This document shows positions 1 through 10,105 of a stretch of 64,000 bases of DNA, one piece after another. The translations under genes and the position numbers were made by a program. Numbering within the stretch: the stretch's first letter is position 1; each line of letters starts with the position of its first letter. This stretch comes from Terriglobia bacterium (GTDB taxonomy: Bacteria; Acidobacteriota; Terriglobia; Acidiferrales; UBA7541), in contig OY968796.1 in NCBI GenBank assembly GCA_963695545.1, positions 2,080,001-2,144,000 on the forward strand. Direction: 5' to 3'. Under the pieces are notes generated by a model that saw nothing but the letters and a program-made list of their open reading frames with translations, searched no databases and was not told where the DNA came from.

Positions 1-519
1 AATTGTGCCCATGCTTTCGCCCATCAAGAACAATTCCGCGTGGGGATATTTCTGCCGGATGGTTCCGAGCATGCTGCTGATGTCGCTGGTTTCCGTGGCG
101 GGATCGGGAACGTTGCGCCGTTTGCCGCATGACAATCCGTGGCCGCGCGTATCGAGAGCATACACGGCGATGCCGGCTTTATTGAGTCGTACTGCGGTGG
201 ATTTGTAGACTCCGCTGTGGAGTCCGATGCCGTGGAGCACGAGCACGACGTCCTTGGGCTGCGCATCGCCGGCCGGCATCCAATACCTGTAGAAGAGACA
301 CGCCCCATCTGGGGACGCAGTGAATCCGTGCTTGTCGGACATCGCTTTCAGAATTGACGACTCGTCGCTGGGTGCGTCGGGATTGGCGGGTTCGGCCTCT
401 GCGGCGCCGACGTCGGGCGGGCGGCTCGATCCTCGAAAACTAGATAGGGATTGGCTTGATAGCCTGGCGGCAAACAAACAGACGAGCAGCGCGACGACGC
501 AAATCCGGCCACTTTTCAC
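1..519 (-). CDS. Alpha/beta hydrolase, lysophospholipase/monoglyceride lipase-like (runs off the window start)
   Basis: Absent from the ORF track. Manual translation from GTG 519 (GGAG RBS upstream): MKSGRICVVALLVCLFAA...LFYRYW..VVLVLHGIGLHSG...VYALDTRGHGLS...LFLMGESMG (GxSxG nucleophile motif). Confidence 0.85.
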   Translation of the reverse strand, partial: MKSGRICVVALLVCLFAARLSSQSLSSFRGSSRPPDVGAAEAEPANPDAPSDESSILKAMSDKHGFTASPDGACLFYRYWMPAGDAQPKDVVLVLHGIGLHSGVYKSTAVRLNKAGIAVYALDTRGHGLSCGKRRNVPDPATETSDISSMLGTIRQKYPHAELFLMGESMGTI

Positions 520-780
520 TGGAACTCCACTTCTGAATCCAAGGACGGGAGCTGGCATCTAATACGTGTAAGCAGCGAACAGCATGCAATGTACGCCCGA
601 ACCGAGTGCAAGTCACGCTCGAATTCGGCTTGGGCTGTGGCGTGTGCTGCAAGCGAAAACGGTTGAGGCGGTCGGCGCCGGCCCAGCGCGCCTCCAAGAT
701 TCCGATGTACATGAAACCGGATTTATGAGACAATGGGTCTGCGTTTGTTGCTCTTGTATAACCTTTGGATTCGTTTAAAG

Positions 781-811
781 GGGCTGCAAGTCCAAACTTG
801 CGGCCCTTTTT
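781..811 (+). promoter_or_regulatory. Terminator-like hairpin in the csp leader
   Basis: GGGCTGCAAGT-ccaa-ACTTGCGGCCC followed by TTTTT, between a TATAAC -10-like hexamer (~757) and the csp start. Confidence 0.5.
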
Positions 812-870
812 ACGTCAGGCCGAGGGCGCTCGAGAAGCACAAATAGCTTCAAAAAGAAAAGAGAAATCAA

Positions 871-1077
871 TTGGCAAAGGAACAAGGAACGGTAAAGTGG
901 TTTAACGCGAGCAAGGGCTTCGGATTCATTCAGCGCCAGTCCGGCGAGGACGTTTTCGTCCACTTCTCCGCGATTCAGGCGGATGGGTATAAGTCGCTGA
1001 ACGAAGGGCAAGCTGTCGAATTCGAGGTTACCTCAGGCCCCAAGGGTCTCCAAGCATCGAACGTGACCAGCCTCTAG
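871..1077 (+). CDS. cspA: Cold-shock protein
   Basis: GTVKWFN-KGFGFI (RNP1), DVFVHFSAI (RNP2), GPKGLQA; TTG start. Confidence 0.97.
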   Translation: MAKEQGTVKWFNASKGFGFIQRQSGEDVFVHFSAIQADGYKSLNEGQAVEFEVTSGPKGLQASNVTSL

Positions 1078-1085
1078 CCTCGGTG

Positions 1086-1120
1086 GGCGAGCCGGCTTCA
1101 CGCCGGTTCGCCCCCTTTTT
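1086..1120 (+). terminator. Intrinsic terminator after csp
   Basis: GGGCGAGCCGGC-ttcac-GCCGGTTCGCCC followed by a T-run. Confidence 0.75.
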
Positions 1121-1184
1121 GTTGGCTCATCGTCCTGCTCGTAGCGGTCCGGGGGAAATCCGCAGGTGTCAGGTGAGTGATCCC

Positions 1185-1496
1185 ATGATCGTCAAGTACG
1201 TTGGATTTGAGGCTAAGGCCCAAGTCCGTGAATACACGTTCGTCGTGCGGGGGGAAACGAGCGATCCGCTCGAATACACGATGAGCATTGCAAACGAAGC
1301 GTTCGAATCCCATCGAGCGCGGTATCAAGATGCGCCGGATATCTGTTCGCTGCGGCTACACCGCGAATTGGCATTGGTCCCGAACGATCCTCCGACAACG
1401 CACTTTAGCGTCACCGACGCGGAGCTGGCTGAGTATCACGAAGCGCGCAGGCCCAAGCCCTCGCGCAGCTTTCAACCACCGCATCGGGCCGATTGA
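1185..1496 (+). CDS. Hypothetical protein (~103 aa)
   Basis: MIVKYVGFEAKAQVREYTF...RYQDAPDICSLRL; protein-like composition, colinear in the csp-rpoD cluster. Start moved to ATG 1185. Confidence 0.7.
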   Translation: MIVKYVGFEAKAQVREYTFVVRGETSDPLEYTMSIANEAFESHRARYQDAPDICSLRLHRELALVPNDPPTTHFSVTDAELAEYHEARRPKPSRSFQPPHRAD

Positions 1497-1544
1497 TCGG
1501 TCCGAAGCCGCTCTCGCGAATTCGCTCTGGACGGGGAGAATCTT

Positions 1545-3263
1545 GTGTCGCTGGCGATTGAAGAAAAATACGAGCAGGTCCGCAACCTTATCACGCTAGG
1601 CAAGGAACGCGGATATCTGCTCTACGACGATGTAAACAACATGCTTCCGCCGGAAATCCATTCGGCCGAGGACATGGAAGATCTGCTTTCGACCTTCGAG
1701 CGGTACGGCATCAGCATCTATGAAGACTTGTTCAGCGCGAAGGCCGCGCTGGCCGCCTCTGGGGAAGTTGAGGTCACCGAAGCGGAGCCCAAGGAAGAGA
1801 TCGCGCCTTCTGACGACGCGGAACTCGACCTGACGCCGGGCACGCTTTCGAAAACCGAAGATCCGGTCCGGCTATACCTGCGCGAAATGGGTTCGGCGCC
1901 GCTATTGAAGCGGCAGGGCGAAGTCGCGCTGGCGAAGCGCATCGAGCGCGGACAATTGATCGTGCTCAAGACGATTTCCCGCTCGCCCATCGTGCTCAAG
2001 AATCTTCTGGCCGCGGGCGAGGAGTTGCGCAAGGGCACGCGCTCGATCAAAGACATCGTCCAGTTCGATCAGGAAGAATTGACCGACGAGATTGTCGAAG
2101 AGCGCGCGCGCCAAACACTGCGCATCATCGGCAAGATCGAAAAACATTTTGACATCGGGCGCAAGCAGGCCGCGCGATTGCTGCGTACGCCGCGCCTGAA
2201 GGCGCGCGGCATGATGCGCGCCAAGCGCCAACTGGCGCGCACGCGAATCGAGATGTCGCTGCTGGTTCGCTCGATCGGATTCAATCCGCGCGAGCGCAAG
2301 CGTCTGATCGATATCGTGCGCCAAACCGTCGAGCGCCTGCACACGCTCGAGCGCGAAGCCATTCGCCTCGAACGCCGTGTGGACGCATCGCGCGGTGACG
2401 TGGCCGCTGGAGCGCGTGAGGAATTGCGCGCGCGCCGCGCCGAAATTCGCGAGATCGAAGAAGCCAGCGAGGTCGGTTTGACCGGCCTGAAGCGCACGCT
2501 CAACTTAATTCTTCGCGGCGAAGCCGAAGCCGAACAGGCCAAGAAAGAACTCACCGAAGCGAACCTTCGCTTGGTTGTGTCCATCGCCAAGAAATATACG
2601 TACCACGGCTTGCAGTTCCTGGACTTGATCCAGGAAGGCAACATCGGCCTGATGAAAGCCGCGGAAAAATTTGAGTGGCGGCGCGGCTACAAGTTTTCGA
2701 CCTACGCCACCTGGTGGATTCGCCAGGCCATCACGCGCGCGATCGCCGATCAGGCGCGCACCATCCGCGTTCCTGTGCACATGATCGAAACGATCAACAA
2801 ACAGGTGCGCACCAGCCGGCAACTCGTGCAGGAACTTGGCCGCGAGCCGACTTCGGAAGAAATCGCCAAGCGCATGAGCGTTCCGGTCGATCGCGTGCGC
2901 AAGATCAAGCAACTGGCGCAGCAGCCCATTTCTCTCGAAACGCCCATCGGCGAAGAAGAAGATTCGCACTTGGGCGATTTCATCGAGGACAAGGCCGTGG
3001 TGTCGCCCGCGGAAGCCGTGATCAGCTTGAACCTCAAGGAACAGACGGCTTCGATGCTCAAGACGCTGACTCCGCGCGAGGAGCGCATCATCAAGATGCG
3101 CTTTGGCCTCGACGGCGGCAACGAGCGCACGCTCGAAGAAGTCGGCCAGTCCTTCGCCGTCACGCGCGAGCGCATCCGTCAGATCGAAGCCAAGGCCCTG
3201 CGCAAGCTGCGCCATCCTTCGCGCTCGAGCAAGCTCCGCGTTTTCCTCGAAGGCTCGATGTGA
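1545..3263 (+). CDS. rpoD: RNA polymerase sigma-70 factor, RpoD-like (possible paralog)
   Basis: Region 1.1 (LGKERGYL), 1.2 ([11 protein letters not shown]), 2 ([24 protein letters not shown]), 4.2 ([26 protein letters not shown]). Confidence 0.93.
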   Translation: MSLAIEEKYEQVRNLITLGKERGYLLYDDVNNMLPPEIHSAEDMEDLLSTFERYGISIYEDLFSAKAALAASGEVEVTEAEPKEEIAPSDDAELDLTPGTLSKTEDPVRLYLREMGSAPLLKRQGEVALAKRIERGQLIVLKTISRSPIVLKNLLAAGEELRKGTRSIKDIVQFDQEELTDEIVEERARQTLRIIGKIEKHFDIGRKQAARLLRTPRLKARGMMRAKRQLARTRIEMSLLVRSIGFNPRERKRLIDIVRQTVERLHTLEREAIRLERRVDASRGDVAAGAREELRARRAEIREIEEASEVGLTGLKRTLNLILRGEAEAEQAKKELTEANLRLVVSIAKKYTYHGLQFLDLIQEGNIGLMKAAEKFEWRRGYKFSTYATWWIRQAITRAIADQARTIRVPVHMIETINKQVRTSRQLVQELGREPTSEEIAKRMSVPVDRVRKIKQLAQQPISLETPIGEEEDSHLGDFIEDKAVVSPAEAVISLNLKEQTASMLKTLTPREERIIKMRFGLDGGNERTLEEVGQSFAVTRERIRQIEAKALRKLRHPSRSSKLRVFLEGSM

Positions 3264-3426
3264 GTACGCTGGCGTACACACTGGCGCTTGGCCGCTGTGC
3301 GCGAAGCGCATGCCTTCAAATAATGCTAGACTCCGGGGCAGTTCGAGGCTCGAAATAAATTACTTGGGACTGAAAGTCTTTAAGGCAAGGATCGTGAGAG
3401 TTGTGGCTCAGGCTTAAGGAGCGGAA

Positions 3427-3813
3427 ATGAAGAATCTGTTTGTCGGCAACATGAGTTTTCAGACCACCGAGAGCGATTTGCAAACGCTCTTTCAGCCGTT
3501 CGGTCAGGTGACGCGCATCCACATCGTTATGGACCGCGAGACTGGCCGCGCGCGCGGCTTCGCGTTCGTCGAAATGCCGAACGACGACGAAGCCACCAAG
3601 GCTATTGCCGCGCTCGACGGCAAGGATTTCGGTGGACGTAATCTGAAAGTGAACGAGGCGCGCCCCAAGACCGAAGGCAGCGGCAGAGGCCCGCGCAGCG
3701 GGAGCGGCGGCCCTGGCGGCAGCGGCGGTGGCGGCGGACGCGGTCGCGGCGGCGGATTCTCGAACGAGGATTACCGCGGCGCGGCGCGCGCACCGCGCGA
3801 ACCGCGCTGGTAA
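3427..3813 (+). CDS. RRM RNA-binding protein with Gly/Arg-rich tail
   Basis: LFVGNM (RNP2), RGFAFVEM (RNP1), LKVNEARP, GGRGRGG tail. Confidence 0.95.
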   Translation: MKNLFVGNMSFQTTESDLQTLFQPFGQVTRIHIVMDRETGRARGFAFVEMPNDDEATKAIAALDGKDFGGRNLKVNEARPKTEGSGRGPRSGSGGPGGSGGGGGRGRGGGFSNEDYRGAARAPREPRW

Positions 3814-3912
3814 CGGCGTCTAGCTTATTTTATTTGCCGGACGCGGCGCTTGCTCGTCCCGGCGTTTTCAGGTCGCGGCTGTGTCACGCCCATTCCGATA
3901 TAAGGAGGCCCG

Positions 3913-4110
3913 ATGGCTATCACATTTCAGAAGCGCCAAAAAGAAATGAAGCGCCTTGAAAAGGCGCGCGCGAAGGCCGAGCGCCGCGCGCAGAAAAAGG
4001 TCGCCAAGCGCGATGGAACAGACGTTTCAACGACCGACGAGCTGATTCCGCTCGAACCCTTGGATGGCCCGCTCGAACCGCTCGAGCCGTACGACCCGCC
4101 GCAAATCTAG
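3913..4110 (+). CDS. Small protein with basic N-terminus and acidic tail
   Basis: Strong TAAGGAGG RBS; TFQKRQKEMKRLEK helix then a PLEP-repeat tail. Confidence 0.75.
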   Translation: MAITFQKRQKEMKRLEKARAKAERRAQKKVAKRDGTDVSTTDELIPLEPLDGPLEPLEPYDPPQI

Positions 4111-4206
4111 GCCGCTTCCGAGTGGTCGGTACACCAGTACCCATAATCGCCCATCGATACCACCTCTCGGGTATTGGTGTGTCCGCGAACGGCGAGACGT
4201 GAACGG

Positions 4207-4554
4207 CTAGCCCAGCGACGCTTCGGCCAGCTCGACGCTCGGGTACGAGGGCAGCAGCTTGCGCACGTTGGTCATGTCCATCAGAGCGTTGACGCGCTCG
4301 TTTGCGCCAGCCAGCAGAAACTTACGGCCGGCCTTTTGGCTGGAAAGCATCGCACCAACAATCGCGCCCAGCCCCGCCGAGTCCACGTAGGACACGCCGC
4401 TAAAATCCAGAATCAGCGCGGACGCAGTTTCGGCGCGCACCGCGGTCTGAAAACTGAAAAGCGTGTGAATGGTCAGCACGCCCGCTAGGCGAATCACTTG
4501 TTCGGCGTCTTTCGATCCCGGTTGGCTTAGAATTTCGAGGGTTTCGTTGATCAT
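4207..4554 (-). CDS. STAS-domain anti-sigma-factor antagonist
   Basis: LILDFSGVSYVDSAGLG phospho-Ser motif; 115 aa. Confidence 0.92.
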   Translation of the reverse strand: MINETLEILSQPGSKDAEQVIRLAGVLTIHTLFSFQTAVRAETASALILDFSGVSYVDSAGLGAIVGAMLSSQKAGRKFLLAGANERVNALMDMTNVRKLLPSYPSVELAEASLG

Positions 4555-4656
4555 GGGGCGCGATTCTAGCGGAAATCCCCCATGCCCCGCTGTTAAAATT
4601 CGGTTACATTCTCGCCGCTGGGAAGCGCGGCAGGACGCCGTTCTTCCCCCGCGATC

Positions 4657-5271
4657 CTAGGAACTCCCTTGAAACGCCATCGAGCCGATTCCGCTCGAAG
4701 CCTCAAGCCTCTGCCGCAAGTGCACACGCGTGCGGAAGATGCGCGACTTCACCATCTCCTCGGTGATGCCCATGGCGTCGGCCACTTCGCGATTGGTCCA
4801 CCCAGCCCCCTTGTGAAGCAGGAAGGCCTCTTTCAGCGACGGCGCCACGCCGCGGAAGGCCACCGCCACCAGATCCTTCGCGATGCAGGCGCGCTCGGGA
4901 CTCGGCCGTGCGTCGCGGATACGTGCAATTTCACTTTGTTCGTCCTCATCGGAGCGGGAAATTTCACGCCGCGTCGCGGCCAGCTCAGTCCGGCGCGACC
5001 GCAGCATCATCAGCCCCTCGTTTATTGCGATGCGCACAAGCCAAGTGGAGAATCGCGAGTTGCCCTCAAATTTTGCGAGGTTCACGTACGCTTTGCACAA
5101 AGCGTTCTGCAGGTTGTCCTTGGCGTCCTCGGGGTCTTTGAGAATTCGCAACGACATGCGATAGATCTGCTCGGAGTGTTTTTTGACCAGTTCTTCAAAC
5201 GCCTGATCGTTTCCCGATTGCGCTTCCGCAATCAGGGCTCGCTCGATATCCACGGATTCCTTGTCCGCCAC
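4657..5271 (-). CDS. ECF sigma factor
   Basis: AFEELV..., FEGNSRFSTWLVRIAIN (region 2), EVADAMGITEEMVKSRIFR (region 4). Confidence 0.92.
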   Translation of the reverse strand: MADKESVDIERALIAEAQSGNDQAFEELVKKHSEQIYRMSLRILKDPEDAKDNLQNALCKAYVNLAKFEGNSRFSTWLVRIAINEGLMMLRSRRTELAATRREISRSDEDEQSEIARIRDARPSPERACIAKDLVAVAFRGVAPSLKEAFLLHKGAGWTNREVADAMGITEEMVKSRIFRTRVHLRQRLEASSGIGSMAFQGSS

Positions 5272-5583
5272 GGCACGCCCTCCCTGAACGATCGCTTTCC
5301 TACTGCTTCCTGCTCAACTAGGCCTTATCTGCCAGATTCAACTTCAACTGGTATACGGTGCGCGCCCAAAACGAACAATACTGGGGAGTCTGTAGCCTGT
5401 GACGTAGAGTCCTGTATGCGAAATGCCGATCATGAATGGAGACGGGACGCCTGAATCGGTCGGCTCTGGAAACGGTGTGTCGGAGGGAAACACCTTCGGC
5501 CAGTCTGCCCAACTCCGTACCGTGGGCGTGCAGCCCGAGAAATCTCGGTGCGCGGGAGCGATCGAGCGGGATCGGCAATCCAG

Positions 5584-5805
5584 CTAGCCTCCGCGCTTCC
5601 CGAGCGCGAGCACCGCAACGCCGCCGATCAGCGCAACGATGCCGATGACCGGCGGCAGTGGAATCGTATGATGGTGCTCCACGGTGGCTTGAATCGGCCC
5701 CATATCGAGGACCTTCTTGTGCGTGGTGTAGTCGATCCCCTGATATGCGAGCGAGATGACCCCGATCACGATCAGTACGATTCCGAGGATTGTGGCTCCC
5801 CTCAT
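5584..5805 (-). CDS. Small two-TM membrane protein (DUF3185-like)
   Basis: Two hydrophobic helices around YTTHKKVLDMGPIQA...TIPLPP; GGAG RBS. Confidence 0.75.
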   Translation of the reverse strand: MRGATILGIVLIVIGVISLAYQGIDYTTHKKVLDMGPIQATVEHHHTIPLPPVIGIVALIGGVAVLALGKRGG

Positions 5806-5857
5806 ACGCTCCGCAGTCCGGCGGCAGCCCGCATATCGCGCGAGCCGCGGGCGCGCC

Positions 5858-6022
5858 TCAAGCTCTTCGAGCCACGTGGCCGATCAAGCTGATCACGAAC
5901 AGAACCAGGAAGAAGAAAAACAAAATCTTCGCGATCCCTGCCATGGCCACGTAAATTCCCGTGAAGCCCAGGAGTCCCGCAAGAATCGCAACGACGAAGA
6001 AAACAATCGCCCATCGAAGCAT
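5858..6022 (-). CDS. DUF1328/UPF0391 small membrane protein (54 aa)
   Basis: Below the ORF-track cutoff: [62 protein letters not shown]. Confidence 0.9.
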   Translation of the reverse strand: MLRWAIVFFVVAILAGLLGFTGIYVAMAGIAKILFFFFLVLFVISLIGHVARRA

Positions 6023-6314
6023 GTCGACCTCCCACGGTCAGATTCCGATCTCGCCCGGTTCTGAAACTTGGATGTATCTCGCGTGCCGGCCGAAACTTTG
6101 CCGCTCAGGCTTTCGGCGACGCTACGAACCGCCTTCCGTTTTAGACCACACGCACACAAAGCTCCATCGGGGAGAAACGGTAGGCGGGGGCAATGCTTCC
6201 TGTAGGGCTCTGAGTGGCTCGAAAGACTTCCGGCGCATTGAATTTCGCACCGGGCCGCGCTTCTACGCAATCGCGCGCTTCCGGTAGCGCGCCCGTGCCG
6301 TCGCGAATGGAAAT

Positions 6315-7268
6315 CTACTGTTGCTGCTGGTCTTGGTACGCTTCGACGGAAGTCGGCGCGTGAGCCACGCGGCGAATTACCGTCGCCGGCCGCAAATCCT
6401 GCGGCTCAGGTGAGTCCGCGGGAGTCACGGTCACCAGCACGGATAGCTCGCTTTCACCGCCGCCTTTGTATACGCCGCGCGTCGGCGGCACGTCGCCGTA
6501 GTCGCGGCCCAGCGCCACGGCGATATGTTTTTCGGTGCCCGTCAGATTGTTTGTCGGATCGAACGCCACCCAGCCGAGATCGGGCAGAAACGCCTCGATC
6601 CACGCATGCGTCGCGCCTTCCACCGAGCGATGCTGCTTCTTTTTTTTGTCCGCGCGATGGAGATATCCGCTCACATAGCGGCAGGGAATCCGCAGGCCGC
6701 GCACGATCGCGGTCATGATGTGCGCGAAATCCTGGCACACGCCGCGCCGGCTGCGCAGCGCGTCGTCGATCGGCGAATCCACCTGCGTGCTGTTCGGCGC
6801 ATACTCAAATGACCGGTAGAGCGCCGCGTTGAGATCGAGCAGCGTCTCGATCGGCGTCTTGCGCCGCTCGACGCCCAGATCGAGCTCGAACTCGCGCAGC
6901 AGATCGGTCGGTCGGGCGTAGCGGCTCGGCAGCAGCATGTCCCAGTAATCGCCTGCGGCCACGCGCGCATCCAGACCATCCCAGTTTAGAATTTCTCCCC
7001 ATTCGATCGGCGGCGGCTCGCGCACTTCGACAATAGCTTGCGCGGTGATTTGGATGTGCTTTTGGCGTCCAGGAATGTCGAAGTGATGCACGGTGTTCCC
7101 CAGAAAATCCTGATAGGACATGATGTTGGCTTGCGGAGTCACATCCAGAGAAAACGCGAGGCATCGTTGCCGCGCGTCGCTGCGCGGCTGCATGCGCACT
7201 TCCATCAGGCTCTCGCGCGCCTCTGGCTCGTAGCGGAAATCGGTGACGTGTTTTATGGAGTAGGCCAC
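6315..7268 (-). CDS. Transglutaminase-like protein (bacterial N-terminal domain plus catalytic core)
   Basis: GVCQDFAH, RYVSGY, HAWIE, FDPTN, GRDYGDVPP. Confidence 0.93.
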   Translation of the reverse strand: MAYSIKHVTDFRYEPEARESLMEVRMQPRSDARQRCLAFSLDVTPQANIMSYQDFLGNTVHHFDIPGRQKHIQITAQAIVEVREPPPIEWGEILNWDGLDARVAAGDYWDMLLPSRYARPTDLLREFELDLGVERRKTPIETLLDLNAALYRSFEYAPNSTQVDSPIDDALRSRRGVCQDFAHIMTAIVRGLRIPCRYVSGYLHRADKKKKQHRSVEGATHAWIEAFLPDLGWVAFDPTNNLTGTEKHIAVALGRDYGDVPPTRGVYKGGGESELSVLVTVTPADSPEPQDLRPATVIRRVAHAPTSVEAYQDQQQQ

Positions 7269-7311
7269 GTTCCGCTCCTGTATTCCGCGCGGCCGCTTGC
7301 GTCCGCCGCGC

Positions 7312-8271
7312 TCACGAAGCCAGCTCCGCTTCCACCGGATAATCGAAATAGATTTGGTGGATGGCCGCGTGCAGCTCTCCGCATTCGCGCGACACGGATT
7401 GCAAAAATTGCGGCGCGCCCGCGGCGAGAATCTCGTCGATCTCGCTGAAACTCAGTTGCGCGCGCAGCCTGCCGGCGATCCGCGCCGGCATCCCTGCCTT
7501 GCGATCGGTCAGATCGGCAATGGTTTTTAGCGCCGCCTCCATGCGATCCACCGAGAACCGCACCGAATGCGGGAAATCGGGATCGAGCAGCAGGAACTCC
7601 GCCACTTGTACCGGTCGAATCTCCGCCGTGTAGGCTTTGCAGTACGATTCAAACGCGCCGCAGCCCTTGAGCAATCCGATCCATTCCAGATATTCGGCCG
7701 TTTCCACGGCCTGGTCGGGCGCATGCGGCAGGCGCGCGAAATGAGCGCCGATCAGCAGTGCCAGCGTCACGGTGCGCTCGACGTACCGCCCGAGCTGGAT
7801 GTATTGCCAGCCCTCGCCGTGGCTCATCGTGCCGTCCGTGATGCCTTGAAACAGGTGAGCGCCGTCGCGCACGCCGCGCAGGAAGGCGTGCGATCTCAAG
7901 TTTCGAGACTCGTCGATCTGCTCTTCCATTACGCTGAGATACAAACGATTCAGTTGCTCCCACATCTCCGAGCTGCACTGTTCCCGCACGTGCCGCAGGT
8001 TTTCGCGCGCCGACGCGATTGAGGAGACCAGCGACGACGGCCGCGATCGGTTGAACACCAGCGCTTCGACCAGGCTCGTCGCGCCGACCGGTCCATCTTT
8101 GGCCGGAGCCGCTTGCAGGGCCTCGAGCAAAAATCGCCAGCGTTCGGCCCCGGCGCGGCGCGCTTGGTCGAGCCACAATTCGAGCTCCACGTCCACCAGG
8201 CGAGCGGTGTGCTCGGCCCGCTCGAGGTAGCGGCTCATCCAGTAGAGATTGTCCGCGACGCGCGATAGCAT
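7312..8271 (-). CDS. Alpha-E domain protein
   Basis: MLSRVADNLYWMSRYLERAE, ARENLR, LGRYVER, FLLLDPDFPHS; start moved to ATG 8271. Confidence 0.93.
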   Translation of the reverse strand: MLSRVADNLYWMSRYLERAEHTARLVDVELELWLDQARRAGAERWRFLLEALQAAPAKDGPVGATSLVEALVFNRSRPSSLVSSIASARENLRHVREQCSSEMWEQLNRLYLSVMEEQIDESRNLRSHAFLRGVRDGAHLFQGITDGTMSHGEGWQYIQLGRYVERTVTLALLIGAHFARLPHAPDQAVETAEYLEWIGLLKGCGAFESYCKAYTAEIRPVQVAEFLLLDPDFPHSVRFSVDRMEAALKTIADLTDRKAGMPARIAGRLRAQLSFSEIDEILAAGAPQFLQSVSRECGELHAAIHQIYFDYPVEAELAS

Positions 8272-8318
8272 TCCCGTATCTCGCTTGGCCGCCGGGAAAT
8301 TTAACGTCCCCGTCGGCC

Positions 8319-9914
8319 TCACTGCGTAATCTTTCCGCCCGGACGCCGTGCGCGCTCAACGGGCGCCGCGGCTGCGGCGCGCGGCTCGCTCTTTTGTGAG
8401 GCTTTCTGACCAGGTTCTGGTTTCGGCGCCGGTTCGGCGCGCAGCACCCAAGTATCTTTGCTGCCGCCGCCTTGCGACGAATTGACGACTAGCGAGCCCT
8501 TCGGCAGCGCCACGCGCGTCAACCCGCCCGGCACGATCGTGACTTTTTCTCCGAACAGGATGTACGGGCGCAGATCGATGTGCCGCGGCTCCACTTCCTC
8601 ACCGATCAGGCACGGCGCAAGCGAGAGCGCCAGCGTCGGCTGCGCGATATAGTTTCGCGGATCGGCCAAGATGCGCTGGCGAAATTCTTCCCGCTGCTCC
8701 GCGGTGCTCTGGGGACCGATTAGCATTCCGTATCCGCCGGATTCTCCCACCGCTTTCACCACCATCTGATCCAGCTTTTCGAGCACCATCGTGCGGCTGG
8801 ATTCGTCGGTCATCAAGTAAGTGGGAACGTTCGGCACGATCGGCTCTTCGCCCAGGTAATACTTTATGATCGCCGGAACGTACGCATACACCGCTTTATC
8901 GTCGGCTACGCCTGTGCCGATCGCATTCGCCAGCGTCACGTTGCCCGCGCGATAGGCGTTGAATAGACCCGGAACTCCCAGCGACGAATCTGGACGGAAG
9001 CACAAGGGATCGAGAAAATCGTCGTCCACGCGGCGGTAGATCACGTCAACACGGCGCAATCCGGCCGTGGTGCGCATGTAAACCACGTTGTCATGCACCA
9101 GCAGGTCGCGACCTTCCACCAATTCGATTCCCATTTGCTGCGCGAGAAAGGTGTGCTCGAAATATGCCGAATTGGCGACGCCCGGCGTGAGTAGCACCGT
9201 CGCGGCGTCGTGCTGCGTCGACCAATTCGCGGGCGCAAGGCTCCGCAGCGTGGCCAGCAGCGCTTGCGGATAATGGTCGATGGGACAAACGTTATAGTCG
9301 CGGAATAACCTCGGGAACACGCGCTTGAGCACCTTGCGGTTCGCCAGCATGTACGAAACGCCGCTCGGCACGCGCAAGTTGTCTTCCAGTACCGCGAATT
9401 CGCCGTCCGGCATGCGCACCAGATCCGTTCCGCAGATGCTCACGTAGACGTCGCGCGGGATGCGCAGCTCGCGCATCTCGCGCCGGAAGTGGCGGCAACT
9501 GTAAATCAGCTCGCGCGGCACCACGCCGTCGGCCAGAATTTGTCCCCGGTGGTATATGTCGTTCAGAAACAGATTGAGCGCGGTGATCCGCTGCGTCAGG
9601 CCCTTTTCGATCTTGCTCCATTCCTGCTCGGTAATGATTCGTGGCACCAGATCGTTCGGGAAAATTTTCTCCGTGCCCTCCTTGTTGCCGTACACCGTGA
9701 AGGTGATGCCTTCGTGCAGAAAGGTCAGATCGGCTGCCTGCTGGGTGCGGCGCAATTCCTCCGGTTTCATCCCGAGCAGCGTCTTGTGCAGGGTTTTGTA
9801 ATGCGCCCGCGGCACGCCGGGCGATACGAACATCTCGTCGTACGAACTGTCGAGTTGATAGTTCACGAACGACGAGTATGCATCACTTTGAAGGCGTGTG
9901 GGCGTGGCGCTCAT
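8319..9914 (-). CDS. Circularly permuted type 2 ATP-grasp protein
   Basis: [61 protein letters not shown]. Confidence 0.95.
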   Translation of the reverse strand: MSATPTRLQSDAYSSFVNYQLDSSYDEMFVSPGVPRAHYKTLHKTLLGMKPEELRRTQQAADLTFLHEGITFTVYGNKEGTEKIFPNDLVPRIITEQEWSKIEKGLTQRITALNLFLNDIYHRGQILADGVVPRELIYSCRHFRREMRELRIPRDVYVSICGTDLVRMPDGEFAVLEDNLRVPSGVSYMLANRKVLKRVFPRLFRDYNVCPIDHYPQALLATLRSLAPANWSTQHDAATVLLTPGVANSAYFEHTFLAQQMGIELVEGRDLLVHDNVVYMRTTAGLRRVDVIYRRVDDDFLDPLCFRPDSSLGVPGLFNAYRAGNVTLANAIGTGVADDKAVYAYVPAIIKYYLGEEPIVPNVPTYLMTDESSRTMVLEKLDQMVVKAVGESGGYGMLIGPQSTAEQREEFRQRILADPRNYIAQPTLALSLAPCLIGEEVEPRHIDLRPYILFGEKVTIVPGGLTRVALPKGSLVVNSSQGGGSKDTWVLRAEPAPKPEPGQKASQKSEPRAAAAAPVERARRPGGKITQ

Positions 9915-10105
9915 GGGTGTGTCCCACTATCCCCGCGCGCACTGCGGGCGAGCGTCCCGTGGCCGCGAAGGACAGGGCCAATAAATTTAGGCGGCCCAGT
10001 TTGGCAAGTCCAATCGAAAGTCTCAATACAACCGATGCTTTTTGTGCGGGAGTGTGTCCCTGAAACACACCCGAAAACGCCTCTTTCCGGCTCCTCCGCT
10101 CCTGC

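Noticed and set aside
3320..3360. GTTCGA motif as a tRNA T-loop
   Set aside because: No cloverleaf or acceptor stem can be built around it.
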